Assembly (NCBI GenBank): GCA_963813535.1
Contig: CAWEZH010000002.1
Location: 480,001 to 544,000 of the forward strand
Origin: an uncultured Chloroflexia bacterium
GTDB taxonomy: Bacteria > Chloroflexota > Limnocylindria > Limnocylindrales > CSP1-4
Reading direction: 5' to 3'
Length of the DNA: 64,000 bases
Position numbers and translations under genes: made by a program. Shown piece by piece: positions 28,939-39,500 of the stretch (the first letter of the stretch is position 1; each line of letters starts with the position of its first letter). The notes below the pieces were generated by a model. That model was not told where the DNA came from. It did no database searches and saw only the letters and a list, made by a program, of their open reading frames with translations.

Positions 28939-29762
28939 CAGCGGACCGCGACAGGAGGACGGTGGCCGCGTTCGCCGTCGTGGCAGTCACCCTGGTCGGC
29001 CTCGCGATCGCCCTTGGTTTCGTTCGGGGCGGGGCAGTCGTATCGGATCCGCTGATCACGCCTTCCCCGAACGGGAGCCAGGTTGACGAGGCGCTCTTCG
29101 GATCAGTGACGGCGTTCGGCGACGGCCCGGGACTGGTCGCGCTCGTGAGCGTGCTTGCCATCTCCCTGGTCGCGCTCGGTCGGTCAGCGGACGCCGTGTT
29201 CGTCGCGGTCGCTTCGGCCGGCGCAGCGGTGATCACCCGCGTGACGAAGGTCCTCTATCACGCTCCGAGACCGAGTGTGCTCGAGGGCGCCAACGGCGTC
29301 TCCGTCGAGATCCCGGGTGAGATCGTGGTGATCGGGATAGTGGTCATCGTGGCTATCGCGATCCTCCGGGGATGGGGGGTCCGGGCCGTGGTGGCGGGAG
29401 CCATCGTGCTCGGCCTCCTATTGCTCGAACGGACCGCGAACCGGCTCCTCCCGTTCGATCCGGGCTTCAATTCGTTCCCGAGCGGCCACGCACTCAGCTC
29501 GGCGTCGTTCGCCACCGCCGTCATCCTGATCGCGTGGCCCGACCGTCGCCTCCGGTGGCCGGCCTTGATCATCGGGGTCGGTTACGCGCTCGCGGTGGGC
29601 GTTTCCCGGATGTACCTCGGTGTCCATTACCCGGCCGACGTGGCCGCGGGCTGGTGTCTCGGGGTCGCCTGGACGGTCGTCTGGTGGATCCTGTGGCGAG
29701 CTGCGCGTCGTCGCTGGCCATCGGCGCTTGGCGCACGCCCCGCGGCCGCATCCGGGGCCTAG
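28935..29762 (+). CDS. PAP2-family membrane phosphatase
   Basis: K..PRP, SFPSGH, SRMYLGVHYPADV; GTG overlaps the upstream TGA. Confidence 0.88.
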   Translation: MTADRDRRTVAAFAVVAVTLVGLAIALGFVRGGAVVSDPLITPSPNGSQVDEALFGSVTAFGDGPGLVALVSVLAISLVALGRSADAVFVAVASAGAAVITRVTKVLYHAPRPSVLEGANGVSVEIPGEIVVIGIVVIVAIAILRGWGVRAVVAGAIVLGLLLLERTANRLLPFDPGFNSFPSGHALSSASFATAVILIAWPDRRLRWPALIIGVGYALAVGVSRMYLGVHYPADVAAGWCLGVAWTVVWWILWRAARRRWPSALGARPAAASGA

Positions 29763-30991
29763 CTCTTCCGGCCGAACCCGAACCGACGCCCCTTCCGCTC
29801 CACCTCCGCCACAGGCTGGCTGTATCCGTCCGACCCGAATGCCGCGGTGCTCAACCTGACCAGCTGCTCGGCCGCGGGGGAGCGCGGCGCACCCAGCACG
29901 ACAGGCACTCCCTCGTTGACCGCCTTGAGGTAGAGGAACGGGTCGTATGGCAGGTCGGCCGAGATCCGCGAACCGATCGCCGACTCGACGTCGCGCTGCT
30001 TGAGGAGTTCGCGCGCGAACATGTTGTTGAGCACGAACGTCGACTTGCCGTTGATCGAGCCGGTCTCGTTCAGGTAATCGAGCAGGCCGTGGACGGCCTT
30101 GAGCGCGGAGATCTCCGGGTGGACCGGGAGCACGATCGTCTCGGCTGCTTCGAATACCCGCAGCGCACGCTCGTCGAGCACCGACCCGGCATCGACGACG
30201 ACCGCGTCGTACGCGTCGAGCAGCGTGCTGAGGATGTGCGATACGTGATCCGCGCTGATCAGCTCCGATGCCTCCGGGGACGCCGGCGCCGCCAGGACAT
30301 GGAGGCCGCTGTCGTGCCGTGTGGCATAGGACTTGAGGACGTCCGGCTCGCGCAGCGCGGCCTCTTCGCGCACCGCATCGGCGATGGTCAGCTTCGGCTC
30401 GAGGTTGAGATGCGTCGCGACGCCACCGAATTGGAGGCTGAGGTCGACGAGGATCACCCGGTCGGCCTTCCGCTGGGCCGCCACCACCGCGATATTCGTC
30501 GCGATGGTCGTCGTCCCGACCCCGCCCTTGGGGCTGTAGACCGCGACCGACCGCCGGGGCCGACCGAGGGTGAGCCCGTCCGATGAGACGACCGGCGCGA
30601 AGTCGCGTGAGCGCTGGAATCGGAGGAGCAGTGCCTCGACGCGCGCCTCGACCTCACGGGCGTCGAACGGACGCGCCACGACGTCGTCGGCACCAGCCTC
30701 GAGGAAGCTGATGCGCTCCTCGACGTCATCGCTGGCGGCGACGCACAGGATGGGGACGGCCGACATCGCCGGGGTGGCCCGGAGCTCGCGGCACAGCTCG
30801 ATGCCGCCCTTGCCTTTGGCAGGTGCGGTCCCGACATCGACGACGGCGAGCTGGTGGTCGGCCACCTTCTCGATCGCTTCGGCGGCGTCGGTGGTACGGG
30901 TGACGGTGTACCCGGCGGAGGTGAGGATCGGACCGAGTGAGGCATCCCCGGTCGTGGAGGACTCGAGGACGAGGATCGTGCTAGCGGGCAA
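29759..30991 (-). CDS. Receiver domain plus MinD/ParA-like ATPase (CpaE/TadZ-like)
   Basis: N-terminal REC fold, SPKGGVGTTT, DLSLQFG, GLHVLAAP, AVNEGVP. Confidence 0.85.
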   Translation of the reverse strand: MPASTILVLESSTTGDASLGPILTSAGYTVTRTTDAAEAIEKVADHQLAVVDVGTAPAKGKGGIELCRELRATPAMSAVPILCVAASDDVEERISFLEAGADDVVARPFDAREVEARVEALLLRFQRSRDFAPVVSSDGLTLGRPRRSVAVYSPKGGVGTTTIATNIAVVAAQRKADRVILVDLSLQFGGVATHLNLEPKLTIADAVREEAALREPDVLKSYATRHDSGLHVLAAPASPEASELISADHVSHILSTLLDAYDAVVVDAGSVLDERALRVFEAAETIVLPVHPEISALKAVHGLLDYLNETGSINGKSTFVLNNMFARELLKQRDVESAIGSRISADLPYDPFLYLKAVNEGVPVVLGAPRSPAAEQLVRLSTAAFGSDGYSQPVAEVERKGRRFGFGRKS

Positions 30992-31099
30992 TGGATCTCC
31001 GAGTGGGTCTGGTCGAGAGGGAACCGCGCAGAGGATACATCGGGGACCGTCGGGTCCTGTCCGTCGGGTCGGATCTGACCGCGTGCTAGACTAGCGCCG

Positions 31100-31176
31100 G
31101 TTTCCTTTCCGCTCCGTGCCGGATCGGCATGTCCGCCGTCAACGGGGCTATCCCATTGGAAGGAGTCGCAGCGCAG
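31100..31176 (+). promoter_or_regulatory. Probable rpsF leader (S6:S18 autogenous regulatory RNA)
   Basis: TCCTTTCC (31103-31110) can pair with SD GGAAGGA (31158-31164). GCTCCGT/ACGGGGC stem, with an unpaired CCC between. Extended -10 at 31084-31092. Confidence 0.65.
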
Positions 31177-31614
31177 ATGCGCCGATATGAACTGATGCTC
31201 GTGCTCCGCCCGGATGTCCCGGACGACCGGAGCCAGGCGGTCATCGACCGCACGACCCGCCAGATCACCGCCGCGGGCGGACAGATCACCAAGGTCGCCC
31301 CCTGGGGTCGACGGCGGCTCGCGTACCCCATCGACCGGTACCGTGAGGGCTCGTACCACATCATCCTGTTCCATGCGCCCGGCGAGACCCTCGCCGAGGT
31401 GGAGCATGGCCTGCTCATCACCGAGGAGGTCTTGCGTCACCTGATCACCCGCGACGAGCGGCCGGTCAAGGCCTCGCGCCGAGAGGATGGCGACGACGTC
31501 GAAGACACTGACGACACCGACCTTCCGTCCGGGCTCGACGAGGAAGAGGACGACGACCGCGGCGAGCGGATCGGCGAGGACGAGAGCGAAGCGGCCCCGG
31601 CCGCCATCGACTGA
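31177..31614 (+). CDS. rpsF: 30S ribosomal protein S6 with long acidic tail
   Basis: MRRYELM, WGRRRLAYPI, EVLRHL. Confidence 0.96.
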   Translation: MRRYELMLVLRPDVPDDRSQAVIDRTTRQITAAGGQITKVAPWGRRRLAYPIDRYREGSYHIILFHAPGETLAEVEHGLLITEEVLRHLITRDERPVKASRREDGDDVEDTDDTDLPSGLDEEEDDDRGERIGEDESEAAPAAID

Positions 31615-31625
31615 GGAGCGCGACG

Positions 31626-32078
31626 ATGGCCCTGTGCAAGGTGATGATCATCGGCAACCTCGGGTCGGATCCCGAGATGCGCTATACGCCGACCAACCGT
31701 GCGGTCACGCAGTTCAACGTGGCCGTGAACCAGAGCACGAAGAATCAGCAGACCGGCGAGTGGGTCGAGGAGACCGACTGGTTCCGCGTCAGCGTCTGGG
31801 GTGATCGCGCCGAGCGCATGGCGGAAACGCTGCGCAAGGGCAACAAGGTCTTCGTGGAGGGTCGCTTCAAGACCCGCCAGTTCGAGGGTCGCGATGGCCA
31901 GACGCGGACGTCCCTGGAGATCACCGCCAATTCGATCGTGAACCTCGAGCGTCGCCCGCGAGACGACGATGGTTCCTTCAATGCCGAACCTGCAGGCAGC
32001 GCCGTGCCGGCCGGCGGTGGGGTCCGCCCGCAGCGGGCGCCCGCCGACGACACCGACCTCGACGACCTGCCGTTCTGA
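31626..32078 (+). CDS. ssb: Single-stranded DNA-binding protein
   Basis: IGNLGSDPEMRYT, TDWFRV, C-terminal DDLPF. Confidence 0.97.
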   Translation: MALCKVMIIGNLGSDPEMRYTPTNRAVTQFNVAVNQSTKNQQTGEWVEETDWFRVSVWGDRAERMAETLRKGNKVFVEGRFKTRQFEGRDGQTRTSLEITANSIVNLERRPRDDDGSFNAEPAGSAVPAGGGVRPQRAPADDTDLDDLPF

Positions 32079-32095
32079 CCGGAGATCCCTGACCT

Positions 32096-32362
32096 ATGCC
32101 GACCGCCCGCTCGCGCAAGCGCGACGACTTCTACCGCGACCGACGCCGCCGCAAGGTGTGCGCCTTCTGCGCGGACAAGACCGCCCAGATCGACTACAAG
32201 GAGGTCAACCGCCTCCGTCGCTACCTCTCGGAGCGCGCCAAGATCGAGCCGCGCCGCAAGACCGGGACGTGCGCCGGCCACCAGCGCGAGCTGGCCGTGG
32301 CCCTCAAGCGCGCCCGCCACGTGGCGCTGCTCCCGTACGCGCCCCAGCACCTGCGCCCCTAG
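32096..32362 (+). CDS. rpsR: 30S ribosomal protein S18 (Zn-binding form)
   Basis: [28 protein letters not shown]. Confidence 0.97.
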   Translation: MPTARSRKRDDFYRDRRRRKVCAFCADKTAQIDYKEVNRLRRYLSERAKIEPRRKTGTCAGHQRELAVALKRARHVALLPYAPQHLRP

Positions 32363-32389
32363 GACGCACCGCAGCGCGACGTTCCTGAG

Positions 32390-33157
32390 GTGGAAGTCGG
32401 GCTGTTGATGATCGCCGGCGGCGCGGCCGCCGGCATGTTCGGCTCCCTGCTGGGTCTCGGGGGCGGTGTCCTGATCGTCCCGCTGCTCACCCTCGTCTTC
32501 GGGCTCGAGCTGCGCGAGGCCGTCGGCGTGTCGCTGGTCAGCGTGATCATGACCAGTAGCGTCGCGGCTGGGGTCTACCTCGAGCGCCACGTCGCGGACC
32601 TCCGGCTCGGCATGCGGCTCGAGCTCTTCACGGCGATCGGCGCACTGGTCGGTGGTTCCATCGCCTTCCTCATCGACGAGCGGTGGCTGGCGCTCCTGTT
32701 CGCCCTCCTGCTTGTCTACGTCGCCATCTCGATGCTGCGCGGCGGGGATCCGGTCGAGACTCCCGTGTCGGGGGAGATCCCGCCATACGAGGTGCGCAAC
32801 CTTCCGATCGGCGTGGCGGGGGCGACCGGAGCCGGGGTCGTGTCGGCCATGGTCGGCGTCGGCGGAGGGATCATCAAGGTGCCGCTGATGCACCTGGCGA
32901 TGGGCGTGCCGCTCCGGGTCTCGACGGCGACGAGCAACCTCATGGTCGGCATCACCGCGGCGGCCAGTGCGGTCATCTACGTGATCCACGGCGAGGTCGA
33001 TCCGTACGTCGCCGGTCCGACGGCGATCGGCGTCTTCCTTGGCGCGAGCGTGGGCTCGCGGATCGCGCATCGGATCGACATCCGGATCCTGCGGTGGCTG
33101 TTCGTGGTGGTCCTGCTCTACACGGCCGTGCAGATGCTCCTGCGGGTGGTCGGGTGA
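32390..33157 (+). CDS. Sulfite exporter TauE/SafE family protein
   Basis: GSLLGLGGG, GVGGGIIKVP, ATSNLMVG. Confidence 0.9.
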   Translation: MEVGLLMIAGGAAAGMFGSLLGLGGGVLIVPLLTLVFGLELREAVGVSLVSVIMTSSVAAGVYLERHVADLRLGMRLELFTAIGALVGGSIAFLIDERWLALLFALLLVYVAISMLRGGDPVETPVSGEIPPYEVRNLPIGVAGATGAGVVSAMVGVGGGIIKVPLMHLAMGVPLRVSTATSNLMVGITAAASAVIYVIHGEVDPYVAGPTAIGVFLGASVGSRIAHRIDIRILRWLFVVVLLYTAVQMLLRVVG

Positions 33158-33498
33158 CGCCGTTCGACCGGGCCATCGGACGCTTGCTGATCGTCGTCAC
33201 CTACGTGGCGAGCGTGCTGTTGCTCATCGGCGTGACGCTGATGGTGGCGGGCGGGATCTCGCCGCTGAGCGGCGGCCCCGGACTGGACCCCAGCGCGCTC
33301 GCATCCGACCTGCGTTCGCTGCAGCCGGCCGGGTTCCTGTGGCTCGGGCTCATCGCGGTCATCGCCACCCCGATCAGCCGCGTGGTGGCCGCGGCGATCG
33401 CGTTCGGTCGCGCGGGGGACCGGCAGATGGTGGCCGTCGCCCTGGGCATCCTCGCGGTGATCGCCGTCAGCATCACGACGGCGCTGGTGGCCGGCTGA
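33154..33498 (+). CDS. DUF1634-like small membrane protein
   Basis: LGLIAVIATPISRV; coupled to the TauE gene. Confidence 0.8.
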   Translation: MTPFDRAIGRLLIVVTYVASVLLLIGVTLMVAGGISPLSGGPGLDPSALASDLRSLQPAGFLWLGLIAVIATPISRVVAAAIAFGRAGDRQMVAVALGILAVIAVSITTALVAG

Positions 33499-33604
33499 GC
33501 ACGGCCTGCCAGTCGGGAGCACGCCGGAGCGCACGCTATACTCGGCCGACCTTGCAAGGCCCCGCGCGAGCGCATCGCGCCCGTCACGCAGGAGCGCGCC
33601 GCAC

Positions 33605-34606
33605 ATGACGACGGAGACCACGGAGACCACGGTGGGTAGCGAGGCCGGGACGCCGGCTCCGGCGACCCACCACGCCCCGACACCGGGCAGCCTCGATGAC
33701 CTGATCTGCTATTTCGAGGGCGATTTCGTCCCGATGAAGGACGCCAAGGTCAGCATCATGACCCACGCGTTCATGTACGGGACCGCGACGTTCGAGGGGA
33801 TCCGGGCCTACTGGAACGAGGAGCAGGGCACGCTCTACGGTCTGAAGGTCCGCGAGCACGTCGAGCGCATCCGGCAGTCGTGTCGGATCCTGCTCATGAA
33901 GGACGTCCCGTCGGTCGACGAGCTGACCCGATTGATCGTCGAGACGGTGCGCCGGAACGGCTTCCGCGAGGATGTCTACATCCGCCCGTCGTTCTACAAG
34001 TCGACCAAGGCGATCGGCGTGCGCCTCCACGACCTCGACAACGAGCTGTACATCATCACGTTGCCGTTCGGGAACTACATCGACACCGCCAACGGGGTGC
34101 GCCTCATGACCTCGTCGTGGCGACGGAACGCCGATGAGGCACTGCCCGCTCGGGGCAAGATCGTCGGCGGCTACGTCAACATGGCGTTCCAGAAGTCGGA
34201 AGCCGAGCTCAACGGCTTCGACGAGGCGGTCGTGTTGACCGCCGGTGGTCATGTGAACGAATCGTCCGCCGCGAACATCTTCGTGATCCGCGACGGCGTG
34301 GCGCTGACCCCGCCCGTCAGCGACGACCTGCTCGAAGGCGTCACGCGCAAGGCCCTGATGGAGCTGATGCGGAACGAAGGCATCGAGACCGCCGAGCGGT
34401 CGATCGACCGGTCCGAGCTCTATGTCGCCGACGAGATCTTCGTCTGTGGCACGGGCGTGCAGGTGTCGCCGGTCGTCGAGGTCGACCATCGGCCCGTCGG
34501 GTCCGGCGAGGTCGGCCCGGTGGCCCGTCTCGTGCGCGACCGCTACTTCGATGCGGTTCGCGGCCGCCTGCCGGCGTACCGGCACTGGCTGACGCCGATC
34601 GAGTAG
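33605..34606 (+). CDS. ilvE: Branched-chain amino acid aminotransferase
   Basis: YGTATFEGIRAY, YIRP, KIVGGYVN, LEGVTR, CGTG; TATACT at 33537-33542. Confidence 0.93.
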   Translation: MTTETTETTVGSEAGTPAPATHHAPTPGSLDDLICYFEGDFVPMKDAKVSIMTHAFMYGTATFEGIRAYWNEEQGTLYGLKVREHVERIRQSCRILLMKDVPSVDELTRLIVETVRRNGFREDVYIRPSFYKSTKAIGVRLHDLDNELYIITLPFGNYIDTANGVRLMTSSWRRNADEALPARGKIVGGYVNMAFQKSEAELNGFDEAVVLTAGGHVNESSAANIFVIRDGVALTPPVSDDLLEGVTRKALMELMRNEGIETAERSIDRSELYVADEIFVCGTGVQVSPVVEVDHRPVGSGEVGPVARLVRDRYFDAVRGRLPAYRHWLTPIE

Positions 34607-34614
34607 AGGCGCCG

Positions 34615-36418
34615 TCAGGACGACGGCGGCGGCTCCAGCTCGGGTGTCGAGCGCCCGACTGGTGATCACGACCTCGACCGGGATGGCCGGGTCAGCCTTG
34701 GTCTTGACCTTCACGTCGAACCGCTTCTCGAGATAGGCGATCGTCGCCGGGATCTTGGTCTCCGCGCCGTTGTAGACCGTGATCACGGTCTTGGCCGGCA
34801 CCGAACCCTTCGGCTTGCCGCGCGGCGCCGAGGCGGCCAGGCCGTGGTACTCGAGGTAGCCGGCGATGCGGGCGCCACGGTTGGTCACCGACGTGCCGTT
34901 GAGGACCCACAGGTGGGCCCCTTCTGCGGCGAGCGCCTGGCGCAGGGCCTCGTCGCGTGGATCGCCCGAGAACGCGTTCTTCACCGCCTGCTTGATGCGC
35001 GTGATGTTCGGCAGCACGACGCAGCCGCGCGAGTCCTGACATGTGTCCTGCGAGTACAGCGGGGGCGCGAAGACGAAGGACCGGATGTTGGCCGTGTCGA
35101 CCGCGGAGGCGAGACCGAGCAGCTCGTCGAGCTGGTCGACCGGGATGTCGGTGCGGACGGCTGACTTGAGCGCGGCGACGAGCTCCGGCAGGCGCGGGAC
35201 GAGCGTCTGGGGGTCGGCCTGTTCGCGCAGCGAGAGGAGAACGCGCTGCTGACGGGCGCCGCGGTCGAAGTCGGTCGAGGTGTGCCGCGAACGCGCGTAG
35301 CGCAGGGCCTGCTCGCCGTCCATGTGCTGCAGACCGCTCGGGATGTAGAGGCGCTGGGTGCGCCCGGTCGTGCCGGGGAATTCGTCGTCGCTGACCGGGA
35401 CCTGCACGTTGATGGTCACGCCACCGACGGCGTCGACGACTTTCTTGAAGCCGTCGAAGTTGACCTCGACGAAGTAGCGGATCTTGAGGTCGTACAACTC
35501 CCCGAGGGTCGACTTGAGGGCGTTGTAGCCGCGCGTCCGGTCGTTGCCGGGCCACAGGTCCGACCGTCGCCGGTTCTGGGCGAAGAACGAGTTGATCTTG
35601 TTGCCGTACGAGCGACCCCACACGCGCTGGGCGGGGCCGGGCGGGACCGGCACATCGACCGTATCTCGCGGCAGGCTGAACATCGCGACCTGCTTCGAGA
35701 CGGGGTCGATGGACACGGTGATGAGGGTGTCCGTGTTATGGCCACCCCGCTGTTCGTCCGAACCGATGAGCAGGATGTTCAGCCGTTCTCGGCCGTCCCA
35801 TGGCGGGATCTCGACGCTCGGCACGGGTGTGCCCACCAACGTCGGGTCAGGGGTCGGGGGCTCGCTCGGTTCGATGGTCTCGTCGACAGGCCCGCTGTCG
35901 GCCGGCGTCGGGGAGGCCACCGGATCGCAATCTGTGGCGCTCGCTTCGCCGACGAAGACGCAGCTCGCGAAGTCCTGGGCCAGGAGGTCCCAGCGCGCGA
36001 CGACGACGTGGGCAGTCGCCATCACCAGCACGACCGCGGCCAGGCCCGCGATCGAGAGCGGGTTACGGGGCAGCCGGGCCCGGCCCAGGCGGCCGTCACC
36101 CGACGCGGCGTGGGCGTTGAGGTACTCGGTGACCCGGTACGCGTCGATGATCGCGACGAGCCGGTAGACCAGTGCGAGCAGGTTGAACACGAAGATCGCC
36201 CCGACGAGCTGGAGGAACACCTCCAGCAGCGCGAATCGATCCAGTCGGAGGACGATCCCGCCGGTCAGCGCCAGGAGCAGGATGGGTGGCGCAGCGAACA
36301 TCAGGGCGCGCGTCGGCGCACCCGCGTACAGGTGTCCGAGGCCGGGGAAGATCAGGGAGAGGAACGCCGCTGTGAAGGGCGACCGGGCGCGCGGTCGCGC
36401 CTCCTGCGGGTTCTGCAT
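34615..36418 (-). CDS. LCP (LytR-CpsA-Psr) family protein with LytR_C domain; frameshift near 3' end
   Basis: N-terminal TMs, NILLIGSD, TDT, SLPRD, YARSRH, DFDRGARQQ, VLNGT. Natural stop at 34615-34617 is reached only if base 34660 is removed. Confidence 0.88.
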
Positions 36419-36504
36419 CGCGCGTAGGATACTCGGACTCGCTCGCGGGCCCCGCTCAGGCCGTGCCCGGGCCTTCGCCCTCGCCCGCCCATCGCCGGAG
36501 ATTC

Positions 36505-39500
36505 ATGTTCCGACCCGTCACCTCGAAGCCCGATCTGGTCGCCCAGGAACACGAGTTGCTCGAGACGTGGCGTGATCGCCGGACCTTCGCTCGACTGCGG
36601 GCGCAGAACGCGGGTGGACCGCGCTGGAGCTTTCTCGATGGGCCGATCACGGCCAACAATCCGATGGGGGTGCACCACGCCTGGGGCCGGGCCTACAAGG
36701 ACCTGTACCAGCGCTTCCACGCCATGCTCGGTGAGGACCAGCGCTACCAGAACGGGTTCGACTGCCAGGGCCTGTGGGTCGAGGTCAACGTCGAACGCGA
36801 CCTCGGCTTCACGTCGAAGCGCGATATCGAGGCGTTCGGTATCGACCGCTTCGTCACGCTCTGCAAACAACGCGTCCTGACCTACGCCGCACGCCAGACC
36901 GAGCAGTCGATCCGCCTCGGCATGTGGATGGACTGGAACGACCCCGACGAGCTGCGCCGGCTCAACGACCTTCTGGGCAGCGACCCCTCATCGATCACGA
37001 CCATCCAGGGCGCCGAGGGTCCTGTCACCGACACCGTGGAGATGCTGGTCGGCCGGCTCGGGATGCCCGAGACCGGCGGCAGCTACTTCACGTTCAGCAA
37101 TGAGAACAACGACCTGATCTGGGGATTCCTCGCGGAATGCCATCGGCGCGGCTGGCTGTACAAGGGCCACGACACGATGCCGTGGTGCGCCCGCTGCGGC
37201 ACCGGCCTGTCGCAGATGGAGATGAACGAGGGCTACCAGGACCGCGAGGATCCGGGCCTGACCATCAGACTCCCGCTCGTCGACCGGCCCGGCGAGGCTC
37301 TCCTCGTCTGGACGACGACGCCGTGGACCCTGACGTCGAACGTCGCGGCGGCCGTCGGCCCGAACCTGCGCTATGTGCGCGTGCGCCAGGGAGACGAGAC
37401 CTTCTGGTTGGGCAAGGGCACGCTCAAGACCGCGCTGGAGGGCGCGTTCGAGGTGGTCGATGAGCTCCCCGGCAGCGATCTCGTCGGCTGGCGCTACGAG
37501 GGACCGTTCGACGACCTGCCGGCCGTCCAGGACGCATTCCAGCCGAGCGGGTACGAGCACCGCGTCGTGCCCTGGGACGAGGTCGGCGAAGACGAAGGGA
37601 CGGGCATCGTCCACATCGCGCCGGGCTGCGGCGCGGAGGACTTCCAGCTCGGCAAGGCGCTTGGTCTGCCGGTCATCGCTCCGATCGATGAGTCCGGCAT
37701 CTTCGTGGACGGGTTCGGCCAGCTCAGCACCCGCGACGTCCGCGACGTGACCGAGCCGATCGTCGATCACCTGCGGCGCACGGACCGGTTCTACCGCCTC
37801 GAGCCGTACACGCACCGCTACCCGCACTGCTGGCGGTGTGGCACACCGCTCGTCTTCCGCCTCGTCGACGAGTGGTTCATCAGCATGGGCCCGGTGTATG
37901 ACCAGCCGCGCGACACGCTCACCGCCGACCAGCTCGACGGCAGCCTCCGATACCAGATCATGGAGGTGGTCGACCGGATTCGCTGGATCCCGGATTTCGG
38001 CTATGAGCGGGAGCTCGACTGGCTCCGGAACATGCACGACTGGATGATCAGCAAGAAGCGCTACTGGGGGCTGGCGCTGCCGATCTACGACTGCGGAGCG
38101 TGCGGCACGGTCGAGGTGATCGGTGGTCGCGAGGAACTGCGTGAACGTGCCGTCGAGGGTTGGGAGGCGTTCGACGGCCATACGCCACATCGACCGTGGG
38201 TCGACGAGGTCAGGATCGCCTGCCCGAAGTGCGGCGCCCCGGTCGAGCGGATCAAGGACGTCGGCAACCCCTGGCTCGATGCCGGGATCGTGCCGTTCTC
38301 GACGCTCCACCACCGCGAGGACCCGGACTACTGGGCGCAGTGGTTCCCGGCGGACTTCATCACCGAGAGCTTCCCGGGCCAGTTCCGGAACTGGTTCTAC
38401 TCGATGCTCGCGATGTCGACCGTCCTGCGTCGCGAGGAGCCGTTCAAGACGATCTTCGGGTACGCCCTCGTGTTCGGCGAGGACGGGCGCCCGATGCACA
38501 AGAGCTGGGGCAACGCGATCGACTTCGACGAAGCCGCCGAGCGGATGGGCGTCGACGTCATGCGCTGGATGTTCGCCAAGGCGCGGCCCGAGGAGAACAT
38601 CCTCTTCGGCTGGCATGCGGCCGACGAGGCCCGCCGCGAGCTGCTGGTCCTCTGGAACGTGTACGCCTTCCTCGTGACGTATGCGCGGCTGGCCGGATGG
38701 GCGCCCGCCGAGGACCAGGCCACTCCAAGCGCCGAGCCGAGCCCTCGGAGCACGAGCTCGCAGGGTCCGATCCTCGACCGTTGGATCCTGTCGCGGGCGG
38801 CCTGGCTCGCAGACGAGGTCGGTGCGCGATTGGCGGATTACGACGCCCTGGGTGCGAGCCGGGCGATCAGCACGTTCATCGACGACATCTCGACGTGGTA
38901 CCTGCGTCGATCCCGTGACCGGATGCGCCCCGGAGCCGAGCCACGTGCTCGCGACACGGCGTTCGCGACGCTGCACGCGGCCTTGGTCAGCCTGTCGCGG
39001 ACGCTCGCGCCGATCCTGCCATTCCTGTCCGAGACGATGTACCAGAACCTGGTCGTGTCGGTGGCCCCATCCCGGCCCGACAGCGTCCATCTGACGCGCT
39101 GGCCGGCCCCCGAGATCGCGGCGCACCGGGATGTCGAGATCGAGCGGGCGATGGCGACCGCCCGATCCGCCGTCGAGCTCGCGCGGACGCTGCGGGGCGC
39201 CAGTCGCCTCAAGACGCGCCAGCCATTGGCCAGGGCGTGGCTCGCGGTGCCCGGCGGTGACGGCGTCCTCGGGGCCGAGCTCCTCGACACCATCGCGTCC
39301 GAGATCAACGTGAAGGCCGTCGAACTGATCAAGGACGGATCGGAGCTCGTGGATCGCCGCGTCAAGGTGCTGCTGCCCAAGGTCGGAAAGCGGCTCGGCC
39401 CGGCCATCCCGGCCGTGATGGCGGCCGCGCGGGCCGGCGACGTCACGTTCCGCGACGACGGGTCGGTCACGATCGCCGGCGAGACGCTGGCGCCCGAGGA

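Noticed and set aside
33499-33604. Possible T-box or attenuator upstream of ilvE (and upstream of ileS)
   Set aside because: Leaders are too short, with no T-box consensus and no leader peptide; only small GC hairpins.
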